Part shown: in pieces, positions 1 to 12,430 of the stretch
Numbering within the stretch: the first letter of the stretch is position 1
How the letters are laid out: every line of letters begins with the position of its first letter
DNA from: Tubiluchus corallicola
Taxonomy: Eukaryota > Animalia > Priapulida
Reading direction: 5' to 3'
DNA length: 64,000 nucleotides
NCBI GenBank assembly: GCA_030141605.1
Contig: JAQGDQ010000169.1
Coordinates: 62,001 to 126,000 of the forward strand
Program-made: the position numbers and the translations under genes
Notes under the pieces: generated by a model
Database searches by the model: none
What the model saw: the letters and a program-made list of their open reading frames with translations, nothing else
What the model was told of the DNA's origin: nothing

Positions 1-220
1 TTCTTGAAAGGCCAATAAAAAGAAATATTACGAAACACATGTAGGTAGTGAGAAAGACACAATTTATATATTAACATTTATCCTGTTTTATCTTTAAAAG
101 AAATTTAAATTTGATATTATATGTTTGTGAAGATAATCTCAAAAAATTTAAAGGGAACCACACAATTACAAAATTTTTCACCAATTACAAGAACTTGTTT
201 ACAAATAATTGTATTTGACC

Positions 221-223
<3 letters not shown>

Positions 224-256
<33 letters not shown>
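224..256. repeat. (TA)n microsatellite
   Basis: Perfect TA run in the sequence. Confidence 0.95.
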
Positions 257-258
<2 letters not shown>

Positions 259-339
259 TACATTGTAGAGGTTCATATTATTGCATTTTCCATTTGCTTT
301 TTTTGTTTTTTTTGTTTATTTGTTTGTCTCGTCTTGCTC

Positions 340-575
340 ACTCTTTTCTTGTGATAACCATCATCATCATCTTCACTGCTGTAATCTTTGTTACTTCTGT
401 CCTTCTGTTGCTGTTGTTATTGTCGTTGTTACTGTAGGTGTCACCGCTCTTGTTGCTGCTGCTGCTATTTTTGCTATCATCATCATTGTCGTCACCTGCA
501 TCATCATCATCATCGTTGTCCTTGTCATCATTGTCATTGTTACACTTGTTCTTTCGTTGCTGTTGTTGTTGCAAT
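340..575. repeat. Degenerate mixed trinucleotide low-complexity tract (CAT/TGT/GCT)
   Basis: Interleaved CATCAT, TGTTGT and GCTGCT runs; they explain the poly-H/C/V/D/M ORFs in all frames. Confidence 0.85.
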
Positions 576-616
576 TGTTTCGTAATAAGATATAGAAATG
601 GTCCTCTTTCTGCTTA

Positions 617-882
617 GTACCAAATTTTTCAAGTACCAAACTTTCCCAGTAAGAAACTTACCAAGTGCCATATTTTCTTAGAACTAAACACTCCTGGTAT
701 TTTCCTTGCTGTCAAACATTCCCTATAATAGACTTTCATAGTACCAAAAATACCTTGTGCCTAAAGATCACAGTACCAAGTTTACCTGTACAGATATTTT
801 ATGTACTAAAATTTCCTTATACCAAATTTGCCTATTCCAAACATGCCTGTACCAAACTTAGTTGTACCAAACCTTCCAACAT
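617..882. repeat. Array of ~16 degenerate 15-16 bp units (GTACCAAAnTTnnCn); probably one arm of a foldback/Mutator-like terminal repeat
   Basis: GTACCAAA-like cores at about 617, 633, 649, 665, 681, 741, 757, 773, 788, 803, 819, 834, 849 and 864. The transposon assignment is inference. Confidence 0.7.
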
Positions 883-2246
883 TCATTAAGGTGCACATCA
901 AAGAAAATCATAGGATTTTTTAAAAGTAAAAGTAAAAGTAAGGAGTCATAATTTAGCAACCATATATTATGTGCGTGCGTGCGTGCGTGTGTGTGTGTGT
1001 GAAATAAAGAGGGGCGGGAAAGAAATAAGGGAATAAGGAAAAGGCATAGCACTAAACGCTAAGAAGAATGTGAAAATAAAATAAACAAAAACAATAAACA
1101 ATAAGAGAATGATAAAGGAAAATAGCTTTGGTTTGACAATTTAAAACCTGGTTGTGCAAGCGGAGGACAGAATGTAACTTCTTACCGCCAAGAGTACAGC
1201 TGGAGAAAAGGAACAATATAACGTACGGCGACTCATGTGAGTGCTTGTCAGACTCCCCTCCATTCAAATCGTCTCCCGACATGACTGTATTTTATTTTTG
1301 CTACAGCCCAAAGCAAAGCGGAGACATTACGTTCCTAGCAGTCTTAGCATTGAACAAATCTTTCATCTACTAAACAAAAATGTTCAATATCACTTGGAAA
1401 ATCTAATGGCTGTATCAGTTGTGTCATCAACAAAGTATTGTTGATCCATCCTAAAACAACTAAGCGCACTTCTGATGAGCAAGAACGACAACAGCTGACC
1501 GCAAGTGGTTTTAAAATACCTATCTCCACATCTCCATATCAGTGTCGATCGACCTAAAATCTAAAAAAAGCCAACGGAACTCAAATGTTTACGCAACACT
1601 GTGACGCGGTTCACGTAGCTATGGTTACCGCTAAGGTATCTTCTTTTCTAGTTCATTTTATTTACATTTTACTGTACTGAAGGATAACAAGAATTGTTAA
1701 GGCTTTGGTTGTACTTGGACTATCTGTAGCTATTGCCACAATAATAATAATTATTATTAGTTACATGTATATTCTACGGTAACACCGTTGTGCTCAAATT
1801 ATTAGGAAATATAAAATTTTCTTAACAATAAGAAATACAGGAATAAGCTTCAATAAATTAGTTAGCAATTACAAATTAATTAATACTACCCATTATTAGG
1901 GATGACTGCACTGGATTTGGACCAAACCAAACCAAACACGAATATATATGGCATGTCTGTATAGGTCTGTTATGTACTGTAACAACATCAAAATGCACAT
2001 CCTTTATTTTCACCCTCCACCACTACATTATAATGGCTCTGTCTTTTACGAAGCAATAGCATACTAGTGTTTATAAAAATGTTGGAGGTGTAATTGTTCC
2101 GGAATACGGTAGGTGAATAGGTTTTCAAATCAGCACCTGTATTGTAATTGGAACCAGCATGAGGAAAAGGGGAGTGAAGTTTGACAGTTTCATTCTATAA
2201 AACTGTAACAATGCAGTATAGAAGCCTGGACTGTCAATACAATATA

Positions 2247-2280
<34 letters not shown>

Positions 2281-3503
2281 ATATATGTACAATAACCACT
2301 CACCACACATAAACCTCTTGGGTGTTTGTCTGTTAATTTTTTCAAGCAAAAATGTTTAGAAATATAGATATGGCTCACAGGTGCACACTTCACCAACTAA
2401 GCAATTGCACAAATTACTTTACCTTGTCAATAGGATTAATAATGTGTTTGCTGGTGAGCCAAGAATGCCTTTTTTGGTGCATATTGATGACAGTAAAAGA
2501 GTGATGCTTTACCATTTGACATGAACATTCTAAAATATTGGGAATTCTTTTTTCAGTTTTTAAGTCTTTCTAACAGGTAATCATAATACTAATTAATATA
2601 ACTCTGCGTGGAAAGTTTTTGGACATAATTAAAAAATTCTCTTCTCTCCAACTTGAAAAAAGTTCATGATGGTAAAACAAAACACCAGGATAACAATCAG
2701 AATAATATTGTTACTTTCCGAAACTACGAAGCACTTAATCAAAACAAATTCTCTGATAAGAATTCAAGATACTCAAACTCTCCGAAATGCTGCAAAAAGA
2801 AATGTAATTTGCAAAATTTAATATGATTTGAAATTCATATAGTTTAATTCTAACTTTGAAGTTGCAACTGTACAATTTTAATTCACAGATCAACATATTT
2901 CAAACACTTTGCACTTAGATAGCTCTCCTTTACTACATAAAAATGAGTATGTTTGAAGTACGAATAAGCAAGTCGATAATATCTTATCCATACGTGGCTT
3001 GCTTATTTATAGCCATACTATCTCCTAAGAATGATATCAAGAACATAAATGTTATTATAGTTAGCATAATCATGTCATACATGCTAATTCAAACTTGATG
3101 TTAATACTAGCTGAAGCATCATCCGACACCCATTTCCAATCAATCAAAGGTCTATTTCAAAGATGTCAGCAAGGTAATTACATGAATCAGTACTTCTGAC
3201 ACTTGTAATAAAATTAGTTCCTGAACAGTGGAAAATTATTGCACTGTTGTCTCTTCAGTAATGTTTAACGCAGTGCTTTTTATCAGCAAGTGTGCACAAA
3301 ACAGAAATTCTATCATAAAAACTCTATTTTACAATCACTACTGACAACTTTTACAATGAAATCATCCATTGTCTTTGGCGACTAAAATGCATAATAGATC
3401 ACTGATCAATACATTCCTTTTTACACATTTATAAATAACACAGAGGAACTGAAGTCACCAAGTTCATAAGATTCGATCACAAAAACTATCTTCATACCCC
3501 AGT

Positions 3504-6500
3504 CTATGAAGACTCTGTGTTAGGGCGTCTAGTATGTACAATTTGAGGTTTGGGCCCTCTAAATGCATCTTCCACTACCTCTACAGTAATACTGGGTTGT
3601 GATGACTTCTCCGGATGAAAGAGCTCATGCACTTCACCTATAGAAATATTTTATATTTATATAGTAAAAATATTACTGTACGTGATTACTATGAAGTTTG
3701 TGGTGAAATTATTACAAAAATCATAAAACCCAAACTCCAAAATTAATTAATGTAATTAATAATGAAATGTATGCTTTTCACTCTTAAACATCCACAAACT
3801 AACAAATGGTGAAAATTTTGTTCAGAAAAGCAAAACTTCCCATTCATTTATTTTCAATTATTAGTGAGACAATTACTGGATTATTGCAATAAAAACTTTC
3901 TGAATGAAAAGTATAAATATAAAAATAAGTTATAAATTGTAAGAAAGAAAAGCATAGAATACATTATATATGAATTGTACATGTACATAAGCCAAGGCAC
4001 ATTCAGCAAAAGACCTTGCATAATTACACAATCATGTTAGATGACCATGCAATTGTTACAGATGGTACTTGCAGTTATAATAGTAATATTTATAAACCTG
4101 CAGCAATTGAATTTTAAAGCTGTATAGTAAAAAACAGTAGAAGATTTTAGTAGATTTGGTATCCAAAATTGAAAAGATTAATAAAGCAAAGATTTCATTA
4201 ATTCAGCCATGTATTTGTCTATAACCTGTGTTTTACTGATAAAAAGCAGTAGTTAGCTATTCAGCACATTAGCAAGCAGAAGTTGCATGTTCTATGAAGA
4301 AATCTAAAGGTCTCAGTTGATCACGACTTCCTATCACGTCGAAAAATCGCTGACAGAAGCACTCAATGGACTGAATCTACTCATGCAAACAGAACAATGC
4401 AATTCTTCAATATTAATTGTTTGGGCTGACGTTTACAATTCTAAACACACAAGCAACTGACGTCTAACATAATGTCAATCATTTCTGTTGACTGATCAAT
4501 CAGCATGCAAGTCATTTCACACACCCCTGCATCAGGTACGTTCAGGACATTTAGTTACAGCTCTGTCTAACATTGTTGTGAAAAATGTTCAACTTTTCAT
4601 TAGTTAGCGGGAGAAATATTAGCCTAGTTCTAGATTTTATTATTGTCAATTGAAATTGCAAGTGAATTGGTGGAAATATATCTACCGTCTACGCGTTGCT
4701 GATTAAACCATTTTGTAATCAAGAAAATATGCAGTTTAGTTTAGTTTATGGCTTTGCAGGTTAGATAAAAACAACTATTTGATTAACTTTAAATAAGGAC
4801 AAAACAAATTTTTTTCTTTTCTGGCTAATTTTTATAAACCTCAATGAGATCTTCACAGTCGAATTAATTCGAATGTGGTCAAAACTTATATTATACGTCA
4901 ATGTAATATTAGATAATTTTACGCTATTTATCTGGTTATAATCAAGGATTCAAAGTTAAAAGATACCAAATGGACTTATGTGACTCGGGCATTCAATATA
5001 AGGGTCGTCTATGGAATGGAACAGTCAAATTTATTCCATTTCCGTAACCTGACAAACGGAAAAATACAAAAACTTAATAAATCTTGCAGACAAGCACATG
5101 ACTAATTAATATAGATGTTCGTATCACAGGCTTGATGTTCGTATGCCTAAAGGCAAGAAAGACTTAATATTTTTGTTGCTCATTTATTGTAAAGCAAGGC
5201 TAACTGGCTTAGTTTCTTTATTATATTTATGTCTCTGTATTTTGTAGTGCTTTGAAACTTCGTCTCTACATTTTGTTTAAATTGAAAAGTCATTTATTGG
5301 CTACTTGAAGTGTTAATTTCATGTTAAAATAGCTGCTACTCAGCAAATTTGTTTTTATGAAAAAGTGCAATCAGTTTGTGTGCTGATTAGACATTAGTTG
5401 TGACTGCATCATGTTGTTTGGTTTAGTTTAGCCTAGACAGTTGTTGTCCTGTGTGAGCTGTTGTCCCGAATGCTGCTGAGAGTGCTTACGTTGCAGCGGG
5501 GGTGGAGCGATAGATCAATATGTTTGACGTCAGTTAGTCAGTGAAGAAGATTAGGATTAGGGTTAGGGTTAGGATTGTGTTAGGGTTAGGGTTAGGATTA
5601 GGACTGTGTTAGGGTTAGGGTATTTAAATTGTGTGGGCAAATGTAAACTCTTTCCATTCATTGTTTGTTTGTTTGCATTGCACTAACTGATTTCGTGTTA
5701 TTTTTATTGTATCAACCAAACTTAAAACAACCTCAGTACTCAAGTCAGCAGTCAGCACTGTTAATTCAGTTTAAGCAAAACTTTACATGTATGATTATAG
5801 CCTCTCTTTGAGAAAGCACATTTTAAACGACAGATTACTCAATTTGCTTATTAAGTTCCACTGTTTATAACTTATGTTTTCCAAACAAGAATGTCACATT
5901 TGATCAATATATGTATATAATGAGGCGCTTAGGCTGGGACATTAATTTGGTGAAAAACTTAGTGCCATTGGGAAAAAATTAGTCAGTATTACCCTGCAGA
6001 AATGAAACAGGAAGGTTATTGTAAAAGAAGTTTAGTATGCAGCAAATTAATTCAATGTGTAAACCTAGTCATGATGGAGCTCAAAAGTAAATGTTGAAAA
6101 ATATGCATAAAAAATAAAATTTAGGAGGCACTACGTGACACTGATTCACTAGGGTTATTTTGTTGACTTACAGGTAACTTCAGAAAGAAACTTATTTGCA
6201 ACATTACAACATCTTATAGAATGTCTGAAACCAATCATTAATCTAAACATGCACTGCAAATTAAAAAATTGTAGAAACATATTTTTGCAATACGCCAAAT
6301 AAGTGTCAGAATTTAGAAGACCCAAGATCATGATCAAGTACAGAGGTCACTCAAAGGTCATCATTCAAAATATGCAGAGCAGGAAAACCTGGTTCAGAGT
6401 TGCAATAAATTTTTCCTGCCCGTCCTGTAAATAATTAGTATTATACAGAAAGAAAGTACCTGCAAAACTTCACATATCACTTATGCACAATCCTAAAGAC

Positions 6501-7991
6501 TTTCTTTGGTAAGACATCGATTTTTTTAAACTTAAATGGATGCATGAGTAACAACAAAATTATTCATGCTGTATAGACACTTTAGAGTTTTTTAAATGAC
6601 TTACCTGGTTCCATAGCAGCTATAGCACTCAAGAGGTCAAAATTGAGTTTTGGCGTTGCCTCAGGAGCTTGAGTCCAACCAGGTGGAGGAGAAGATGGGG
6701 GAGAAATGAGAAACTGTTTCTCCAAAGGCGGTGGGTGAAGATGTTCTTCCTCTTCTTTACCAGATGCTCTAAACCATGGCTGAAAAAGAAATGTCTCACT
6801 TTGGTTTTTAATCACTGAGTTAACTACTCAGCGTCTATTTATGTAAATAAAATTAAGCACACTACACCAAAAAATTTAAATATGCATGTCCCCATACCTA
6901 AAAATGTGCCCATCTGAAATGGCAAACCAACCTGTGCAAGCACCCTCATACAAGCAGTCACACACACAACTCTTCGAAAAGTTTTAAAAATTATTATTAG
7001 TATTTAAATTTTTGGAAGTTCCTTAGAATTATAAACACATGGCAATCCCACTAATAGCCATAATCACCAAAAAATTTACACACGGTACGGTGGATCAATC
7101 TTATGCATATAATTTTATAGTTTTCTGCTTTTCTCCTTTTGCATTTGTTTTTTTTTTTGTATCCATTACACAAGGGTTTATAACAAACATTGTTAGAACA
7201 AAAATTCTTTCAAAATGTCAGAAAATCATACTGTTTCACAACAAAAAAAGACGCTTAAAACTGTAGGGTGTAGGCTATTGTACACAATCTAAAGAAGTTA
7301 TACCTATGGGACAAAGAAGCCCAATACCTGTGCAAAATAACACTTTACAAGCTTCCCACAAATGTCTGATCCATGCATTTGAATTCTGGCTTGTGCAGCC
7401 TTTCTTGAATCTGAGAAATCAATTCTTGCTCTTTTGAAACCCTTCAAGTAATAAAATTTCGCTTCTTCATCAAAGCTTTTAAAAGCCGTTTCAAATTCTG
7501 CCTACAATAAACAAAAAATATGCTCATTGCTATGACCGAAATTATTCTGTCGTAACTAAATGGCCAACAGTCCAGCCCAATGAAATAAATAACAGTAGCA
7601 TCTGTACATACTGCACAGTCAACTATCTGCCTAAAAAATCAGTACTGGCCAGTGCAATGCAATTATGTTGAAATTAGAAGTGCCTATAACTGATAGTACT
7701 GTTAAAAACACTTGCAAGAATAAATGTATGCAGCTCAATGTAATGTGCAGTATGCAATGTAAGTTTCTAAGGCAATAGTAACTTATTCAACAATATATTA
7801 AGTTCAAGCCACACCTTTTTCTCAGGTTCAGTGAAAACACAAATAGGCAAGCACGCTACAATAAGTGAGGATGGTAGCTCATGAGGATTATATGTAATGA
7901 GATCATTTCCTTCATTGATATGAATTTCCTCTAAATCCAGGCTGAGTTCCCTAATGGTGGCACTACTGCTGCTGTCTCTTATGCTAGACAT
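3504..7991 (-). CDS. RCAN: Regulator of calcineurin (calcipressin, RCAN/DSCR1/sarah family), 219 aa
   Basis: Exons (minus) 7991-7815, 7501-7328, 6779-6605, 3637-3504; all GT-AG; total 660 nt. RRM-like segment (AEFETAFKSFDEEAKFYYLKGFKRARIDFS...KCYFAQ), HLHPP (LxxP), KQFLISPPSSPPPGW signature, PxIxIT-like PSITVE and C-terminal TRRP. Confidence 0.95.
5550..5622 (+). repeat. Interstitial telomere-like (TTAGGG/TTAGGA)n tract in the last RCAN intron
   Basis: ATTAGGATTAGGGTTAGGGTTAGGATTGTGTTAGGGTTAGGGTTAGG..., with an internal ~24 bp higher-order repeat. Confidence 0.85.
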
Positions 7992-8459
7992 AGCTTGTGT
8001 GCTGGCAGGCGTCAATTTATATTACTCTTTTTTAGATTGTCCTGTTGTGATATATCACACCTGTGCACATGATAAATCTGAAAAACAAGTCTGATGTTAG
8101 TCTCACGACATTTGAAGGAAAAACATAAAAAGTAAAGTCACTAAGTAAATTTACAATGTTGAATAGCCCTTTTGCCTTAATTATCACTAATAAAGCACCA
8201 TACCTCTTGAAAAAGTAACCATAAAATATTACAGGAATGAAGCGAATCAAAACAAAATTATCAGTATGTGTATTATAATTATATAAACACGATCTTGTAA
8301 TAAAGATAAATCAGAAAAGCAATAGAAAATCTCTACTGCCATTAATGCTTGACCCCAAGACTTTCTCATTCTGGGCCAACCATTTCATCACTGACACGGT
8401 TATAGCGGAGCTATGCATATTGGTATATAACATTGTGATATATAAGAAGTACTAAAACA

Positions 8460-8600
8460 AATTCAGGTAAAAAAGTCACAGAAGAAGAAATAGCCCTAAA
8501 CCTAACTCTATTCCTAAATCTAGCCCTAACCCTAGCCCCAATCAACATTAGTTGTGACTTTTTTCGAGACTTTTTTCTAGTGACTTTAATACCGGTCACC
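8460..8600. mobile_element. Small Mutator/foldback-like MITE with a (CCCTAA)-like core
   Basis: 9-bp direct repeat ACTAAAACA at 8451-8459 and 8601-8609 (putative target-site duplication). Perfect 12-bp inverted repeat AAAAAAGTCACA (8469-8480) / TGTGACTTTTTT (8553-8564). Central CCCTAAACCTAAC...CCCTAACCCTAG. Confidence 0.65.
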
Positions 8601-9249
8601 ACTAAAACAGGCTATAATATTAAGTCAGTGTATTAGGACAACATTAGACAAGATGAAGGTTGCCCTGTTTTGCGGCCTTGGTGTAGGTGTGCGAGAATGA
8701 CGTAATCTGTGCACAAAGCTTTTGTGGTTATGATTGTGGCAAAACTTTGCATGTGTGCATTTTTAGCAGGCAAGATAATGTAATTATTAAACGTTAGTTG
8801 TTATTCTTCAAATTTGGCTTGAATTTTTGCTATACGATAAATTTTCACAAGTAAGCTTTTCTTTCAGTTCAAAATTTTTAAATTAATTAATACTACTCAG
8901 GCCAACATATGTGAATGTTACGTATTTAGTTTAATCAGCACTTTTAAAGCAAAAATTTAATAGTATTTAGTATAAAGTAAATCATTTCTAGCCTTCAAAA
9001 TGTATATTTTGGAAAAGCTGCTGACTGCTTTTTCAGTTGGACAGCTAAGCTGGAAAACAGCAAATCACTCAGAAATTAAAAAGATATATGGTGTCTAAAA
9101 TTGTGCACAAGTTTAGAATTTCAATTGCAAATTGACAAGTCTTACCGCAATCTAAAATTGTACAATTATTATTTCACTCATGCCCCATATCTCCTGCCTA
9201 AGATGTGACACTATTTTCATTTCAGTGACGCCATTCTGCAGCACTAACC

Positions 9250-10250
9250 TAGAAGTAGATTTTATTGGTTTCCCACTTTTTTATGCCTTAACTGAGCATT
9301 TCTAATTCCTTATTCTCACACCTAATTTAATCCAGATAAGAATTTAGAGGAGCATTAGTTTGCTTCCCATTACAAACTTCATCAGCCTTCTTTTTATACT
9401 TCTCTTCTAAATCAGATCTTTAGTTTTTTTTTTAACTTTTACAAGTTCTTCATGCTGACATTAATTAGCTATAATTCATAATAGCTAATTAATGATAGTG
9501 CTAATTGCCACCTGATTTCAAAAAGTTGCTATTTTCATGCTGTCTGTCATAACCCTTTACAGTTTCATTTGTATATTTATCTTTTAATTCTCGATACTAC
9601 CTATGAGCTTTATCAAGTTCATCTTGTTTTCTTTCTTATCTACACTTAAAATCAACAACTTCTTCTTTTAATGTAGTTATTTCGGCTTTCAACTTCTTTA
9701 TTGTTTCTGTACTACTCTTTTCAGTTTCTTCTTTTTCCATTCAAAAGTTATATTTTCTTTGCCAAGTCAGCTAGCTCCCCTTCTTGTGAGCTTAACTTTT
9801 TGCCTAATTTCTGATTATCAGTTTTTTCAGTTCAACTTTCTATTTACAGAACTGATTTATAGGTGATTCAACTTCTTTGCTTATTGGGTCCAAAACTATT
9901 TCAAATTTATAGTTGCTGGCTGCACTTACTTTGCAAGTATATTTACGATCCTCATCTGTTTCTAACATCTTTCATTGATACAATGATATAACCTTGTGCA
10001 CCTATCATATGTATCCATGACTTACAACAATAGCACTCAGTCATTTCTAGAACTGTGCAATTATTTTGGCATATTTTGTATTTACCTTGTATTACCCCGA
10101 AGTCATTTCATTATTTACTGTAAGACTGTTTAAGTACACTTTCTCACTCAATGCCCTTAGCAAAGGTTCAGTCTCTTGTAAAATTATGGTGCTTCTATTT
10201 ATGGGTACATCTCCTTCATGATCTGCAGCTAAATCGAACAGCGCTGCATT
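9250..10250 (-). mobile_element. Degenerate LINE ORF1 fragment (PHD finger and coiled coil), same family as 25400-26550
   Basis: Colinear nucleotide similarity to 25620-26520. Translates to EPLLRALSEKVYLNSL and ECYCCKSWIH..RC..KYTCKV, with stops and frameshifts. Confidence 0.8.
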
Positions 10251-11299
10251 CACTTATATTTTTACTTATTTTATTTAGTGCAACAGCACTGTAATATTTT
10301 ACTTTTGTTTTATTTTACTTTAAATTATTTTATTATAGCCTTAATTACTCTTTTAATTCTGTCTACTAATAAGTATAATTTATCCTCACATGTCAATATT
10401 TTATGTCAAAATTACTGCATGTCACATAAGAGCTTGGGCTACTCTAGTTGTTAGTAAAAAGCCATTTTGCCAAAAGTGATACTTTATCTTGAAACTTAGA
10501 TCAAATTTTCTCTTCCCATAGATCCAGACACGTCAGCAGTTTTTATCCACTAGCAAAATCAGCACAACATCATATGGAAAAACTTCAAGTCTAAACTACT
10601 CTACTAATTTTAATAACCAATTTTTACAGTTTTAAAACATGCATGCAATTTTCACCTAAGCAACGACCACTTTTTTAAGTTTTCACTAAATTCGTCAAGG
10701 AATTTATCAAATCTTCAAAAATTTTGCCTTGCGTCACTAGCAGAAAATTTTCGCGTCAAACACTCGCAGCATTAGGTTATGCAAACCAGCAATACAGTGC
10801 CCGGCAAGGTAGTACAGGCCTACCGGGTGAGGCGGTACATTGTCAAGACACGTAACTAGTAATAGGCTAGATTATTTACAGCCCACTCACAATGTTCCTT
10901 GACTCATAACAATTAATTAGTTACATACTCAAAGGTAAATGAACTGTGGCTTTCTTGTTACTGCTGAAGTTGTGTTGCGTACATTAAGCTAAAGAATTTA
11001 GAAGAAATATTGGATTCAATTAAGAAAACAGCAAAATTTTTCTTTATTTTCAACAGACAAATTCTCAACAAAATTCAGCAGTATAAGAGCTCTTTATCAT
11101 TTTGTTGTATTCTCTTTCAGCACCATGATTTCTGAACACTGACGTGAGCACACCATGGAGCGTATGATAGCTTACACTTCAAAGTAACTGTTTGCTCAAT
11201 GCTCGCTCGCTACAGTATTATCACAGTTCGTTATTACCACTGCAAGTAATACGTTCAGTAGGTTGAAATATCTGGAAGCTGTCAAGAATAAGTGAAATT

Positions 11300-12430
11300 C
11301 ACAAAAACAAATTTACCTGCAAATTATAGACCCATCGCTATCACTAGTATTATCTGCAGAATCCTAGAGGCTAATAGTAAACCAAATTATACAATATCTA
11401 GAACTCCGACAGCTAATTAGTTCATCACAGCATTGTTTCCTAATGAACAGATCTGTCACAAGTAGCCTTCTGGTATTTTTTGTATTTGTCTTCTCTAAAC
11501 TTGACCAAGGAATGCCTGTTGATTTAATATAATTAGACTTAGCCAAGGCCTTCGTCAAAGTTTCTCTTGCCAGCTGCTGATCAAACTTCTATCCTATGGT
11601 ATAGCAGAAAAGTTACTTGAGTAGATTGGTAAATGGCAGACAAATCATACCCAGAGATTTAGAGCGAGGCATTTGTTACATTTTCTGTACCCTCTGGGGT
11701 CCCACCAGGGAGTGTGCTGCGCCCTTTGTTGTTCCTACTGTACATCGATGACATAGGCCATGATGTAACATCCAAGATTTTGATGCTTGCTGATCATACA
11801 AAACTAGCACATTCTGTACCTGACAATCTTCAGATTCAACAACAGCTTCAGACTGACTTAGGACTATTAACCGACAACACACTGAATTTCCGCAGCCACA
11901 TTATGAACAAACCTAAAAACAGAAACCAAATCCTTGGTCTGACAGCTAAAACCATTACGTTCCACAATGCAAAAGTTATACTTCCTCTTTACAAGACGTT
12001 GGTACGACCACATCTGGAATATTTTAGGCAAGTATGGAATCTACACTTTATCAAAGATATGAAGCTACTTGAAAGAGTCAGGGCCTATTTCAGCCTAAGC
12101 GAGGCCCCCTCGGGCATCAACCTGGATGACTTCTACATTAGGAGTACAAGTAGCGCTAGAGAACACAGTTACAAGCTCTATCAGAGAAGAGCCAACACCG
12201 ACAGATATTTAGTTTTTCCAATGCTGACATTCATCTCTGGAACTCGTTACTGGAACATATAGTTAGTGCTGCAAACGCGACGTGTTTCAAGAACAACCTT
12301 GACAAACACTTCTGCACAAGAAATCTCCAATTTTAACGCCACTTGGCGTGCTTGGAGATAGAGCATGCGACTGCACCTACACCAAAAACTGGTCAGAGCT
12401 CTGTAAGGTAAATTACATAGCTCATTTGCC
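11300..12430 (+). mobile_element. Degenerate CR1-group LINE reverse transcriptase fragment
   Basis: Broken motifs NYRPISL, LDLAKAF, SGVP-GSVL-PLLFLLYIDD, ADHTKL and [12 protein letters not shown] (ORF 11714-12262). Confidence 0.85.

Noticed and set aside
121-639. Overlapping ORFs rich in His, Cys, Val, Asp or Met
   Set aside because: Products of (TA)n and mixed triplet repeats that are open in several frames; no domain or splice support.
617-882. CRISPR-like periodicity (also 62055-62187)
   Set aside because: Units are contiguous 15-16-mers without unique spacers; eukaryotic context and no cas genes.
1636-1646. U12-type donor (GTATCTTC)
   Set aside because: Does not match GTATCCTT; all introns of the five genes appear to be ordinary GT-AG.
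3490-3506. Stop-codon read-through of RCAN
   Set aside because: The TAG is followed by an in-frame TGA after three codons and lacks a read-through context.
5550-5622. True telomere or chromosome-fusion scar
   Set aside because: Short, degenerate, single orientation and inside an intron of an intact gene.
8411-8602. ORF with RVRARFRNRVRFR
   Set aside because: Translation of the telomere-like core of the MITE.
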